This document shows, piece by piece, positions 40,565 to 54,419 of a stretch of 64,000 nucleotides of DNA. The notes below the pieces were generated by a model. The model had not been told where the DNA came from, searched no databases, and saw only the letters and a program-made list of their open reading frames with translations. Origin of the DNA: Camelus ferus (taxonomy: Eukaryota); the NCBI RefSeq assembly GCF_009834535.1, contig NC_045696.1:56856001-56920000 (forward strand), in the 5' to 3' direction. The position numbers and the translations under genes are program-made. The number at the start of each line of letters is the position of its first letter. Position 1 is the first letter of the stretch.

Positions 40565-40830
40565 ATGTACTACTTCAAAACTATGGTAGGAAAAACACTG
40601 GCCTAAGAATCAGAAAATTTATATTTATTTAATGCTCTACCACTTTCTAGCCCTATAGTCTTCGGCAAGCCATTTATCTGCCTTGAGACTTGATTTTCTC
40701 ATCTGTAGTATGGTAATAAGTATTTCTTCTTACCTAAGAGGGTTGTTGGGAAGATCAATAAGACAAATTAGGTGAAGGCAGTGTAGAAGTTGGAAAAGGC
40801 AATGAAATGTATGTTTATATTATTGTTAAA
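40565..40830 (+). mobile_element. MIR SINE
   Basis: gctctaccactttctagc...ggcaagccattta...ttttctcatctgtagtatggtaataa...agggttgttgggaagatcaa. Confidence 0.7.
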
Positions 40831-42419
40831 GTTTTAAAATCACCTTGTTCTTGGTGGAATGACTATAACTAGTGGGTTATAAAATATTAGATAACAATTT
40901 ATAAAGAAATTATATGGATAGATAGCTATTTGAGCTAAACACTGATAATAATACTGAAATCTTAATGGGGAAAGTACTATGACATTTTTGGATAGGAATA
41001 TAGTTAATTTTAAAAAGTGGTTGTATGACTTTAGGTTATCTGGATGTAATAAAATATGTTAAGATGGATTAAGGAAATTTCAAAATTAAAACTGTTACTA
41101 AAGTGGGGAATTCATTTGGAATCACTGATTAAATATACAAAGAACATTCTAATCTGAGTACTAAGCAGTTGGTATCTTCTGAGTACTTCTACCTTTTCAA
41201 CATGGCCAAAATTAAAGTATAAGTGTAGAATGTGCTCTTTTGAAAACCGTTTTCCTCTCTATTATTTGATCAGTCATCAAGTCCTATGTATTCTATTTCC
41301 TTAGTATTTCTACAATTTATTCCCTTTTCACCATCTCCAGTACTTGTTCATTCTGTCATATTTTCTTGCTTGGTCTCTTGAAATCACTTCCTAACTGATC
41401 TTGTCACCTCTTGTTTTACACTGTTCTAATTCATTTTGTTACAATGATGATTATTTCTAAATTATAATGTTAATTATGTCATTTTTCCTGCTAAAAATTC
41501 TGTTGGTTTCCCTAGAGCAGTGGTGATCTACAAACAAAAATATTATGTGAAACCACAGTAAATAACATCTATTAAAACAAATAAATATGGTACTTTATTG
41601 GCATACATTTAAAAAATAAATTATAATCAATTATTCAGCCCCACAGGAGAGTCTGATATACAGTTAGTCAGTATTGAGAACCAGTATAGTTGGTACTTGA
41701 TATACTTTATCAATAAAGTAGCATATACATAGGTGGTTGGTTAGTTGAAGAGATTAAAGCATAAATTCATTAATAATGCTATATCTTAAGCATTTTATTT
41801 TTTAATGTTTTTTCTTCCTTTTTTAGTTTTAGGTGGAATTATTACAGTTCGACTGCACATATACATTATATTACATGTAAATACATATATACAATATACT
41901 GCACTTTTTTTTAGTTTACATATATGTACTGATCATTGTTTCTAAGCAAAAATTAGAGCTTTAGCTTTTTAAACTTACATGGTTAACAAAGGAATAAAGC
42001 CAACTACAAAATAAGAATCAATAGAATGTGGTAATCCAATCATAAAGGACAGTCAAATGTGCTTACACATATTCAAGAAATCAGTCATCTAAGTTATAAA
42101 TAATAAGTAGTTCATTTGTGTCCTTATTATTATTTTTTTAGGTTCCTCATCTAAATGATGTCATGTGGCATTTTCCATTGTTTTCTTTTTTATTTAAGCA
42201 TTTGATTTTAACTGAAAATACAACTCTACATCAATTTACAAATCTTTTGATAAATGACAGATTTCTTTTATTGAGTATTGGTTCTCTGATTGGAGTTCTG
42301 TGTGGACTTCTAATCCACAAACCATCCCAAATTCATTATCTACAATCTTCAGTTTTAGTTTGTTTAAAGTAGAATAAGGACTTATATGCTTTTGGAGGAA
42401 ACTTAAGTATCAGATGAGA

Positions 42420-42690
42420 TATACACACACACACGCACACACACGTATACATATATTTATCACTGTATAAGTGGAACTTAAGACTTCATGTAGTTTTTAT
42501 ATGTTGTAATAGTTCTTCAAATACATCTCTCCTATAAATAAAAACATATTTCAACAAACAAGTAAATTCTAGATGATATGTAACACCTGACAATTTATAC
42601 CCATGTGTGTATAATCTCAATGAATAGATATATATATATACAGACATATACAAAGTATGGATGAACATATGTATATATGTGTGTGTATGT
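42420..42690. repeat. Imperfect (CA)n and (TA/TG)n microsatellites
   Basis: acacacacacacgcacacacac at ~42423-42445; atatatatatatata at ~42627-42640; tatgtatatatgtgtgtgtatgt at ~42668-42690. Confidence 0.8.
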
Positions 42691-42924
42691 ATTTTCTAGA
42701 TATATTTTATGTTCATCCCTGTAGTTAACTGGCCCATACCTAATTAGTCTGGGAGCAGGAGAGTATGAGTATTCTAGCTAGAGAATTTCCTAGTTTTAAG
42801 CATTTAATGAACCATTAGTATCAATCTATGTTTTATGAAGAGAATGGAGAGTTATTGTTCATCTAGTAAGTTGGTTAAATTAAAATGAGCTTCATCTGTA
42901 AGATATACCATTTGACCTTCATAA

Positions 42925-43085
42925 CAGTACTATAAAGAAGTCAAGGAAAGTGTTAGCATTTTGGTTTTACTGAGATATCTGAGGCCAGAGAATTTAAGTG
43001 GTATCCCTATATCTCCAAGTTGGTAAGAGACATAGCTAAGTTTAACACTCTGGTCTTTGATTTTCAAATCCAGTACTTTTTCTGC
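42925..43085 (-). mobile_element. MIR SINE
   Basis: ttttactgagatatctgaggccagagaatttaagtg...tctttgattttcaaatccagtactttttct. Confidence 0.6.
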
Positions 43086-43169
43086 TTCATTTTTCTTATT
43101 CATTAGAAAAGGGAACATGATCAATTCCTCAGGAAACCTAGAGACTTTGAGATGATAAAGACTATTCTG

Positions 43170-43860
43170 TTACCTCTCCCTTAAAACTACATCCCAAATC
43201 TGACCATGTCTCTTCCACCACATCTCTTGCTTGGACTATTTTACAGCCTTCCAAGTGTTTTCCCTGCTTTCACGCGGGCTTTGCCATGATCCCCATCTCA
43301 TAATAGGTAAAAGAATCCTTTTAAAATTTAAATCATATCATGTCATTCCTGCTCAGAACTCTTCAGTGGCTTTTCATTTGTCTTAAAATCAAAAGTCCTA
43401 TTTTGTCTTTAAAAGCTCTAAATGATCTGGCCCCTGACAAGACATAATTTTCAACTATTCTTTCTGTTACTTACTCTGAACCAGCTACATTAGCTTTTTT
43501 ACTATTTCTCAGGCTTTATTCCTGGCTCAGGGCTTTTTGCATTTGCTGTTTCCTTTACATGGAACACCTCCCCCCCAAATAATTATATTGTTCCATTTGC
43601 ATCAGTCAGTTCTTAGTTCAACTCTTAACTTCTCAGATCTTCATTGACCTCTGGTCATCCTGTTTACTCTCTACCCTTATCCTGATTATTTTTTATTGAT
43701 AACACAGTACAATTACCTGTTATTTGCTTGTTGTTTGCTTCTCCTATTATAATGTAACTCCTTGAGGGCAGAGGTTTATTTTGTTTACAACTGTTTCACT
43801 AATTCATAGAACAGAGCCTGCCACATAGAAGGCAAATATTTGTTGAAAGAATGAATGAGT
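43170..43860 (+). mobile_element. L2 3' end
   Basis: atcatgtcattcctgctcagaactcttcagtggct...ctccttgagggcagag...aatatttgttgaaagaatgaatga terminus. Confidence 0.85.
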
Positions 43861-44039
43861 AAGAGCAAGGAATCTGATAGAGTGATGTGTTAAGAGCAAA
43901 GTAGATGTCATTTTGAACATCCTTTTGGGAAAGGCTTTTATTAAATACATTTTATATTACATAAACACAAGGAAACCATTGAATGAAGGAGTGGCACAAC
44001 TTTAGGAACATGTTATGTACTTTTCAGAAAGATATGGAA

Positions 44040-44400
44040 AACATTGTAGAAAAATTCAATTAAATTTATTTCAGTTTTTATGAGGAAGATACTAGGAACG
44101 TTCTTGTTTCCAAATGATCTTTATAGGGGAACAATTCAGAAGTATTAGATTGACAGTGACAAACACATGGGATGTTCTAGACCTAATTAACAAAATAGAC
44201 AAAAATAAATATATCACCAGAACCAGATGGCATAATTCCTAAAGTTTTGAATAAACTCTTAAATTAGGCAACTCACTATTCATCAACATTTATAAGCTGT
44301 TTTTATAAATAGTCATGGTGTCAGAGTCAACATGTAGATAACTAGTTTAACTTCCACAGGGAAATGGATTTGTAATCATGATCTTTATACCAAACATAAT
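44040..44400 (+). mobile_element. CR1/L3-like RT fragment
   Basis: tcaccagaaccagatggcataattcctaaagttttgaataaactc resembles SPGPDGIHPRVLKEL. Confidence 0.5.
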
Positions 44401-47376
44401 ATCAGATCTTCCCAACTAAATAGGTGTAAGATCAGAAACATAGTCATGTACTGTGGAGAGTTGGGCTGTCTAGGACCCTGGAAAGCTGAAAGATTAATTG
44501 CCTAGATATCCCTTCTCCAGGCTTTTCATCATCTCCATAATTCTTCTAATTTCATATCATTTTACTTGGGAAGTTCTGTAACTGAGATTGGCACAAGTCA
44601 ATGATCACAGTTCCACATTTCTGCAACTTTCATTCATTAAAAGAACTATACAAGAATCCCTGAGATGTGTAGACTTGTCTCATTCTATATTTACAAACTG
44701 ATAGAATTGAAGAGAGTACAGTTGACACTGCAGGATAACTTATTATGGTTAAAGTGTCTGACAAAGACTTCATGCTCTTGTCACCAAAATGGACAGTAGA
44801 GGATAGACATCTTTAAGAATAGTAATGGAGGCAAACCAGAAGAATTAAACTACCTTAGGATTAGGTAGGATTGAAATGTGAACAAGTTTAAGAACCAAAA
44901 AGAATTATAATAAATTTTTAAGAACTAAAAAAAACAAAGCCAAGTTTTTCAGTACTCCAGACTTTCTACTTTGCTTATCCTAAGAGCATAAGGGTGCAGA
45001 TTCAGGCTCAAGTAAGGGAGTATAGGTTTGTGGGAAGTAAGTTTACAAAATTTTTAGGTTACCATAGATAACAATTATGTTTTCTCACAAAAGGTCCTTT
45101 GGTCCTAGTATATTGTCAACAAATTGGGTTGTTGGTCTCACTTAGTATGGCAGTTCTTACGTTTTTAAAAACAAACAGTGCTGTCATGCTTTGTGTATGT
45201 CTCAGTATAGAACTAATTTAAAATCTTACATGATTTCTAGTTTGTTTATCTGTTGGGTTATTGCTAGTGATCTAGTGATTAAACCAAATTCCTATTTCTT
45301 GAATTTTAGTGCATTTATGCAGACCCCTTCTGCCTTCCCTTGAAAATGTACCTGTGAGAAATCATAGGGTTAAGTTCTGTTGTTTACTTTTAATGATAAA
45401 ATGATCATATTGATTTCCTGCATTATAGTTCTATGACCCATTTACATATTAGTTTAATAGCAGTAACTTTGACTATCTCCATTAAAGGTTTCAAGTAGAA
45501 ACCCTGTTTTAAGCTTTTAAATTGAGGGTTTTTTTTTACCATAAGAGAGAATTAGGTTTTTTTTTTGTTCCTACTTAATTGTCAAAATAATGTTCTTTAT
45601 AAAAGATTTTAGTTATAATGACAGTTCTTATCTTTTTCATTTAAAAAAAGAATATAATTTTTCTTAATTTTGTTAATATTTAAAAGATAATCTTTTAATG
45701 TATGTTAAACACAAATGTGTTTATTTAAAAATATGTATTAAGTATACTGGGGAATCATTTCTAATTTTCTAAGTAAAGCTAAAAGTTATTTGTGAGGACT
45801 AGTAGAAAATCAGTGATTACATTTTTAGAAAGCAAAAAAATCATATTTAAAGGATTTATAGAAGGTGGTTGTAAAGAATAGAACAACACCTCCAAAAAGT
45901 ACATAATAGGCCTACTGTAATACCTATGAAGAGGCTTAGTTAAGGGGAGCATTCATAGTCACTGAAGGAATACAACAAGAAGATATTTTGACAAGTTTAT
46001 TGTTCAGAATGTATTTATTATACAGAGTTAAAAAAATGATTAGGACATAAACCATTCCTAGCCAACTGACTATAGTAAGAGTGAAATTATGTGTTTTTGT
46101 TGATTTATCAGTAAAATCACTTATATTTTCTGGACTTATGTAGGATATTAGAAGAGTATGATTTTAGTTCTATTGGAGTCCCCAAATTACCAATCATTAT
46201 AGGTGGTGTAGAGAATGATTTTGAATACAATGATGATATATAATCAATATAATGAATTTTAATTAAAAATATAGTATTTAATATTTCAATTTTAGTTGTA
46301 TCTTATAATTGGATTATATATATCCAGTAAGTATCTCTTGAATTGAATGTATCATAAAAACAGCATCATATTGAGATATGTACATTTCATTATAAATAAT
46401 GGTGGTTTTAGATGTAGGTTTAATACCTGGATTTAAAAAGTAGGGTAGCTAGAGAAAACAGTTATGTTTTTTCAGGTTTTCTGCTCTGTTAATCACCTTA
46501 TAGATTTCAGTCATGTTAGAAATCTAGTACTTTACCTAAATGAACACAATAAAATTGGGTTGTCAAGAAAGTTGATTGCATTGCTTAATGTTCAGTCTAA
46601 TTTGTTCATTGTAAATTGACTAAAAACCTGTTTATATATCTGCAAACCAAAAAAATTTGAAAATTAGCAGTACAGTAAATTAAGAAGTTAGATTAAATCT
46701 GGAGGAAATGCTTACAGTTTGTAAACATTTAAGTAGATGGAAAATGTAAAGCTAGCAATGGAGGCATAGGAGAACTGAGCAGAATGATACGAGGAAAACT
46801 CAAGAGTAGAGGCAGATAATCTGAAACTTTCTTTGGAAAGAATATTAAGAAAGAAATTCAAGAGTATCTCAGCACTGCAGAGAGATAAAAGATGGAGAAA
46901 ACAAAACAAATGAAAAACAAGCAAACAAACCAGAAATACCAAAAAACAACTGAATTAGGCCAAGAGGAAGTTGATTAGGGTAAAAATATTTTCAGTAAGA
47001 TAATGGATGGAATTAAAGTCACACTATAATAGAGAATAGAATGGATAGAATGGATAGAATCTGTACTAGGTGTGTAAATTGATTTCATATAAGAGAAAAT
47101 TGTTGGAAATGTAGCAGAGGTGGTAGATTCTGATAGCATTTTGGTATATCGTAGGAGGGGGAATGCAGTTGACCCACAGAAGAGAAAATGAGGCTACCAG
47201 AAAGGGAAGGGTAGGGTGGGGAGTAGAGGTATGATTTGCCCCTTAAAATAGTAAGGGTATTTGTTTTGGAATTTTTTCTTTACTTGAGGAGAATACATAT
47301 TTCATTTGAATTCTCAGTAAACTCTGTGCTTTATCTCCTTTCAGGTAAATAATGATAAGTGATTCTACTAGAAGAT

Positions 47377-47863
47377 TATATTAGTTTCCTAATTCTGCTG
47401 TAATAAATTACCAAAAACTTAGTGGCTTAAAACAACATAAATTTATTATCTTGCAGTTCAGGAGGTTAGAAGTATGAAATGGGTGTCACTGGGCTAAAAT
47501 CCAGGCTTTATAGGACTGCATTCCTTTCCGGAGGCTCTAGGAAAGTGTTTACTTTCCTTTTCCAGCTTTTATAGGCTACTCACAATTCCTTGATTGTGGC
47601 CCCCTCCTGTCTTCAAAGCCAACAGTGATCAGTTGAATCTTGCTCACATTGTATCACTTTGACTCTAATTTTCCTGCTTTCTTCTTCTATATTTAAAGAC
47701 GATTGTATAACATTGGGCCCACCAGGATAATTCAAGATAATTTCCCCATCTCAAGGTCCACTGATTAGCAACCTTCATTCCATCTGCAACCCTTAATTTC
47801 CCCTTGCCATATAACCTAATATATTCACAGGTTCTTTGGGGAACCATTATTCTGCCTGTCACA
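47377..47863 (-). mobile_element. MLT1D-like MaLR solo LTR, complete
   Basis: tattagtttcct...aaacttagtggcttaaaacaaca...cattattctgcctgtcaca; 5-bp TSD AAGAT at 47372-47376 and 47864-47868. Confidence 0.9.
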
Positions 47864-48964
47864 AAGATGCTCATTACTTCCTCCTGTCTTTTTTTTTTTT
47901 TCTTCAGTTATTTTATGGAAAACAAAATAACAAGAACAGAGACGATAGTATTAACTCCCAGCTTCAACAATTATTAACTTTGGAAGTCTTCATCTCCCAT
48001 TTCGTTATTTTAATGCAAATCCCAGACATTATACCATTTTATATGTCAAAATTTCATAGATCAGATGAAGACTTCCCCCCTCCTTTTAAAAATATAAACC
48101 CCAAACCATTGTCACACCTAAAAACATTAACAAAAGTTCTTTATATAATCTAATATGCAGTTAATGTTTAAATTTCTTTAATTATCCAATAGTATCATTT
48201 TATAATTGAATTGTTTGGATTAGGATCAAAACTAAGTCCACTTTTCATTTTCACCTGACGAGCTTATTTTTTAGTTCAGTTTGTAGAATGTCATAGAGTT
48301 TGTTTGTTTTAAGATCAGCTATCTTGTGCTTTTGTGTGTGTTGTTGGAAACAGAACTCTGATTCCTTTCTGAACTGGAGGACTAGATATGAGGAACTAGG
48401 TGAGCTGTACAGTGTACTACAAGATGAAAAGTAGACTTAAAAGTTATTTCTAGAGATGGTTACATCTTTTAAGGAATTGGAAAAGTAATATTTTAAGTCA
48501 GCCTGAGCTATTCCTACTTTATGTTGCCACTGTGGAGTCGATTGCCCTGAGAATATTAGAAAAGAGGAAAACAGAGAAGACATAGGATATATAATAGTGA
48601 ATAATAAGAGTGGAGTAGATTCTTTAGGTTGTACTCAATGGTATTAACTTTTATCTATGAAATAGGTTACTGGAGGAATAGTATGGGATACAGTTGCACA
48701 TATCTCTTAACTAAAAGATGAAAAAAAATCAAACATTTGCAAGGACTCACTAAACAATACTTATATAGCAAGAAGCTAAAAGTGGATTGGTCAAGTCTAT
48801 TAACTTAGATTTCTTCTAAGTTATAGGATATCCAAGATTCAGATTAATAGGCTAAATATACTTGAAGAACTGAATTGGAAGGCAGTAAGAGATTTCTTTG
48901 ATTTTTCCAGTTTCATCTTAGCCAGAATTCCTTTGTTATTTGAGGTAATGTTCAATACTCTTTT

Positions 48965-49456
48965 TTATTTTGATGTTATTGAGGTATAATTGATATATAG
49001 CCCTGTATAAGTTTAAGATGTACGGATAATAATTTGATTTACATACATCATTAAGTGATTATTACAGTAAGTGTAGTGAACGTCCATCATCTCATATAAT
49101 TACAAAATTAAAGAGAGAGAGAAAAAATTTGTTTTCTTGTGATGACAACTCTTAGAATTTACTCTCCTAACAACTTTCGTATATAACACAGCAGTGTTAA
49201 ATTGTATTTATCATGTTGTACTTTGCATCCCTAGTACTTATTTATCTTATAGTCAGAAGTTTGTACCTTTTGACTGCCTTCATCCAGTTCCTCCCAACCA
49301 ACTTCACACCATACCCTCTGCCTCTAGTAACCACAAATCTGATCTCTTTTTCTATGAGTTTGTTTGTTTGTTTTTGAAGTATAACTGACCTAAACATTAC
49401 GTTAGTTCCTGTAACACAACATAGTGATTAGAATTTCTATATATTTCAAACTGATC
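48965..49456 (-). mobile_element. L1 3' UTR (L1MA9-like), 5'-truncated
   Basis: T-tract then attgaggtataattgatata. TSD AAT(G/A)TTCA(A/G)TACTCTTTT at 48947-48964 and 49457-49474 (2 mismatches). Confidence 0.85.
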
Positions 49457-50939
49457 AATATTCAGTACTCTTTTCTTTTGACACAGATATTAGGTATTAC
49501 CCTAGGCATTAGGTGATTTCATTTACTTATTATGTACATTATTTATTATGTACTTATTTATTGAAGGCCTATTTTATGTATAAGTCTATATTAGGCACTT
49601 TTTAGCTGGGCCATTTTTTTTTTTGGAATGAGTTGGCAAGGCCATCTCACACTATATGAACCATTTATATTTTTGTGTGATTAATGATTTGCATCATGTA
49701 TACTTTATTTTTTGTAACTTTTATGAAACTTCCTCTTTTATTCTTTTTTTAATGAAATTTTAAAAATGGCTTAAAATCTTTGCTTCTTCCCTCCTGTTTG
49801 TATTTCTAGTGTTTTTGCATCATTTTTAGTGTATTTGCTGTTTTGCTCTTCGTCCTTTGCTTACTTTATTTTCTATTTCTATTCTCTCGGCTAAAAGCTC
49901 TTTTATTCTAAAATGAAAAAAACCTGGAAAATGTTTAAAATATATTTATTTTGTCACAATTTTCATTCTCCTAATGAGTCTAATACTCTCATTGGGACTA
50001 TTAACATATCAAAATAACTCTTTTAAGTCATAGATTCTTTTTTTTATTCATTGCCTCTTAAAAGGATTAAAAGGTGTTTAATCTTGATCTGCTCAGCATA
50101 ATCCTCATAGAATTATCTTCAAATTATGCTATTTGATAACCTAATTTCTGTCTTCATACAAAGCATTTATTACTTTTATCATACATACATTTACCATAAA
50201 ATTTTTATTTAAATTAAACATTTTTCACACGCTCATGTATTTTATTCTGAGGAGAGCTATAGGTTTAAAAAACTTAGAGTTAAAGATAAATTTTGAGAGA
50301 TTAGGGTGCTAAGAGCTGAACACTTGAGAGTTGACAGCTGAAAGCAACATAGGAAAAAGCAGGGAAGGAAGAACTTGAGATATAATTTACACATACTAAA
50401 ATTCATAGATTTTAAGTGCTCAGTTCAGTGAGTTTTCATAGCTATATGTACTTATGTAAACATCAGTCAAAATATGATATAGGATATCTTAAATTTTCTT
50501 AAAATTTCTTCCTGCCCCTTTCCAGTCAGTTTCCAACTTCCACTTCTTTCCAGGGGCAACACATTTTTTACTTTTATCACCATAGCTTAGTTTTGCCTGT
50601 TTTTGGACTTCATATAAATAGAATCATACCATATATATATATATATTGTCTGTGTGTCTTCTTTCATGTAACATAGTGTTTTTGAGATTTGTCTTTGTTG
50701 TTGAATGTATCAGAAATTTGTCTCTTTTTTATTGCTGAGTAATAGTCCATCAGGTATTTTTATGAAAAGTTACATTTCCATTATAAATATAAACATGCTT
50801 GTAACAAAATACAGCAGAGTAGAGAGAAAAACACTCCCAAATTATTCAAATTCATACTTTGAATCCTCAGGTACAGGTAATGATTAGTGATTTGGGAGGG
50901 TACATTTTATTTCAGTATTTTTTATGTTTAATTTTTTGT

Positions 50940-51610
50940 TATGTGAAAATAAATGACCACCCAAATGAGAACAGAGGCTGCTTTTTCAAAGTTTGTTATA
51001 GTAAGGGAGTCAGCCACCATTGCTTGCATTTGGCAAAGACTCAAAGGCCAGCAAGGGAGTGGGGGAAGCTTTATAGTGAAAAAAAGCTTAGGCTTCAGGT
51101 ATGCTCTGTTTTTTTTTTTTTTAATCTACCTATTTCTTTATTTTTCCCTTAGGTTTTTTTTTTTTAAAGTATATTTTTATTGAAGTATATAGTCAGTTTA
51201 CAATGTTGTGTCAACTTCTGGTGAACAGCACAATATGTCATATAGGAACATACATATATTCCTTTTCATATTTTTTTTAACTGTGTTACTACAAGATATT
51301 GTCAGGTATGCTCTTATTGGAGGTTGTTGGAATGGGAAGCTGTAGGCAGACTGACTATAAGTGGGGCATCTTTATGACTGGTTTGGGAGTCATATTTGGC
51401 TTTCTCATTAGTACTGAGGTTGAAGTGTGATGGAGGAGGGGCCTACCAAAAATTAAGGAACCTGACAGTCATTGACCAAGCCCTAATGTTCTGGGATAAT
51501 AGCTTCAGAGGTTGTGGTTTGGCTTCCTGGAATGGTTGCTGCAGGGATTGTAGTTCGGTTTCCTGGGCTGATTGCTGCAGAGTTTGTGGGACAGAGTTCT
51601 GTTGGCATAC
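50940..51610 (-). mobile_element. Probable ERV LTR remnant interrupted by a young L1 fragment
   Basis: More GC-rich block with LTR-like minus-strand TATA (ctttatag) and CCAAT (attgg). Split by the TSD-bounded insertion at 51108-51301. Family and ends not resolved. Confidence 0.5.
51108..51301 (-). mobile_element. Young truncated L1 3' end with a double poly(A) tail
   Basis: Perfect 13-bp TSD TCAGGTATGCTCT at 51095-51107 and 51302-51314. Body ttattgaagtatatagtcagtttacaatgttgtgtcaa is shared with other young copies in the window. Confidence 0.9.
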
Positions 51611-51749
51611 CTTGTTCAGTGTTATATATTGTACTATATGTTCAATCTCAGTTGTATTTTGGTATGTGTTATTGATCTTATATAGAATTCTACACCCTAG
51701 GACTTTTTTGCTTATCATTAAACATAAATGTTTTATTTCATGTTGTGAT

Positions 51750-51890
51750 GAGTTTTTTTTTTTAATTTTAATACTTTTATATTTAAAATTTTTTTAATTG
51801 AAGTACTGTCAGTTACAATGTGTCAATTTCTGGTGTGCAGCACAATGTTCCAGTCATACATATAGATACATATATTCGTTTTCATAGTCT
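51750..51890 (-). mobile_element. Short young L1 3' end
   Basis: aattgaagtactgtcagttacaatgtgtcaatttctggtgtgcagcacaat, homologous to 51170-51300 and 60735-60850. Confidence 0.75.
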
Positions 51891-54419
51891 AAGTTTTTTC
51901 TTAACATAAGCTTAATGGCTTTATAACAGTCCATTTAGGGGATGCACTTTGGTTATTAGTGGAAATGGAGGCTGTTTTAATTTTTTCCATTCTTTTAATA
52001 ATGCTGTTATGAATGTCTGTGAGTGTTAAGCCTTCAGCATATTTAGTATTATTTCCCCAGACTATATTTTTAGAGGTAAAATAGTTGGATTATATGTCTT
52101 GCTGAATTACTTCCCAAAAGGATTCATCAATTTAAACTCACTTTAGTAATATATAACTGCCAGTTTAATGATACAGTCACCAGCTTTAGATATTAAAAAA
52201 TATATTTTCTAATTCAGTAGATGAAAAAAAATAGAATTTATGTAATTTTAATTTATATTTTTTGATTATTTAATTTCCTTGATAATTGCCCATATATTTA
52301 TTAACCAGTTGAGTTTCTTCTTTCATGAATTGTTTTTTCGTATCTTTTACTCTCTTATCTGTTGATTGTTAGTAATTTTCTATTAGTTTGTCTAACATTT
52401 TTATACATTAAATATATTAATCTTTCGTCTGCTATATTTTTGTGAAAATATTCCCTAGTTCAGTTCATTTTCGCTTGTTCATGATTTTTGTTTATATATA
52501 ATATTTATTTATTTATCTATATTTTTTGTATGGCCAAATCTATTGATTAATTTGTTTATCTCCAAAGGAAGAGAATGCCTCTAAAATTCAGAGTTTTGGT
52601 TAAATATTTATTTCTGTTTTTTTCTAGTGTTTTGATCTTTTATAATTTAACTTTTTTATCCAGTCAGAATTTGGTTATATAGTGGGACTCTAAAATAATT
52701 TTTTTCTCCAAATAACCAATCAGTTTTAGCATACCATTAACTATCTCAGTAAGATTTTAGGAAGGGCTTGTTACAGGATCTGGGCTTGTGTTAGGTGATT
52801 TTACCAAAGTTGGGAGAAGCATGAATTGAGTGTTGTCAGAAAGTTGGGGACATTTCTATCATTTGATATCCTAAGAATTTTCATCCAGGAGGCAAGAGGA
52901 ATGTCATGGGGCCAAAGCCGTAATTGATAAAGAAGCAGCAGTTGCTTATGTTAACTAAATGAGGGGAACGTTTAATCGTTAGTGTAGTTTGTGCAATGTT
53001 TTATTTATCAGTACCCATACATGATTCTGCAGTGATTTTGTTGTTTCTTGCTTCAGAGAGTGGCCTTGTTTGATGTTGGTTTTCTCTGGAATTGTTCATG
53101 TTCAACATGAGAACACTGTGGCATAGCTGTTAGTGCCAGGCAAGCTGCAGCTAACAGCTATTAGAGGCTGCTTTTTTTCTCTTTTAGCAATTTATTACTT
53201 TTAAAGTAGGTTTTGTAGCTAAAGTTGCTATAAAATGTTGCTATCAGGCTTGGTTCAATACCTAGATAAGAGAAATGTTTCTTTTGGCAGCCAACAATCC
53301 ATATTGGTTGATTTGAATTTGTTATATAGTTATTGGACAACTATTGTTTAGTATAATTATATACTTGAAATAGAGTACTGGAAAACAACTATCCTAAATA
53401 AGTATAACAATTTCTTGTTTTCTTTTCATTTTTACTATTCTCCACTTATTTACATTTTCTTTTCTTCCCTATTTTGAGAAGATAATGTAGATTTTATTTC
53501 CTTCATGAAATACTCCCTGGCAGGCAGCCATTTTTAAATTCCAACAGGTAAATAGAAGATTTGAAGTAACTCATGCTTTTCTGAGAGTTAAACCCACCAT
53601 ATCTAGTATTTTTGTATAGCTAGGAGAATATATAGTAAGCACTGTTGTGTCTGTATTAGTCTGAGTGAAGTAAGCTGCCTATAATACTCTGATTTTTCTC
53701 CTGAACTATGTGTGTGACATCAGCTAAACCAGTTATTTTAACTAAGTTCCAGAAGAGAAATTATCTGGCCTGCATCACTGCAGATATTTTACAATGCTGG
53801 AATAGTCTTACTTCTATTTTTCTAATCCTTTCTTTTTAGTCACTTCTATACTGGCAAACATAGATTATTTGATAAAAGAAAATTATATGAGGTAAAATAA
53901 TATCCTTAGCAAATATATATTTTGAGGAGAGCATTGTATTTGGGAACAGAATGACCAGGCTGTTGCATGAATCATGCTCAGAAACTTAACTCACTGAGTC
54001 TGGTGGAGATTCAGGCAAGGAGGTGCGTAAGACATAGTCACAGAAAGCAATTAATTTGTCTAAAGCTTTTATTTGCTTGCGTTAGTGTGACATAGGTAGA
54101 GATTAAGATTCAAAATGAAAGCTAGTGAACTTGGAAGAGTAGAGGAAAGAGTGATGCAAGAGAACTGTGATACTAAATAAGAATCCAAATACACAGATTG
54201 ATTTCAAGGAATCAGGATTAAAGACTATTGGGGAACTAGCAGCAAAACTAACTTAACATCAAGTCTGTGGGCCAAGGTTTTTAGTCCCCTTAATCCAATA
54301 AAAGGATTACTTTTAAAGGAATGGTAGTAGTGTGCTAGAACCACCAAACAACTTTCTCCTTGTAACTTCACACTACAAAAAAATTTTGAGGTATTTTTTC
54401 TGTGCCTTTAATTCTCTCT

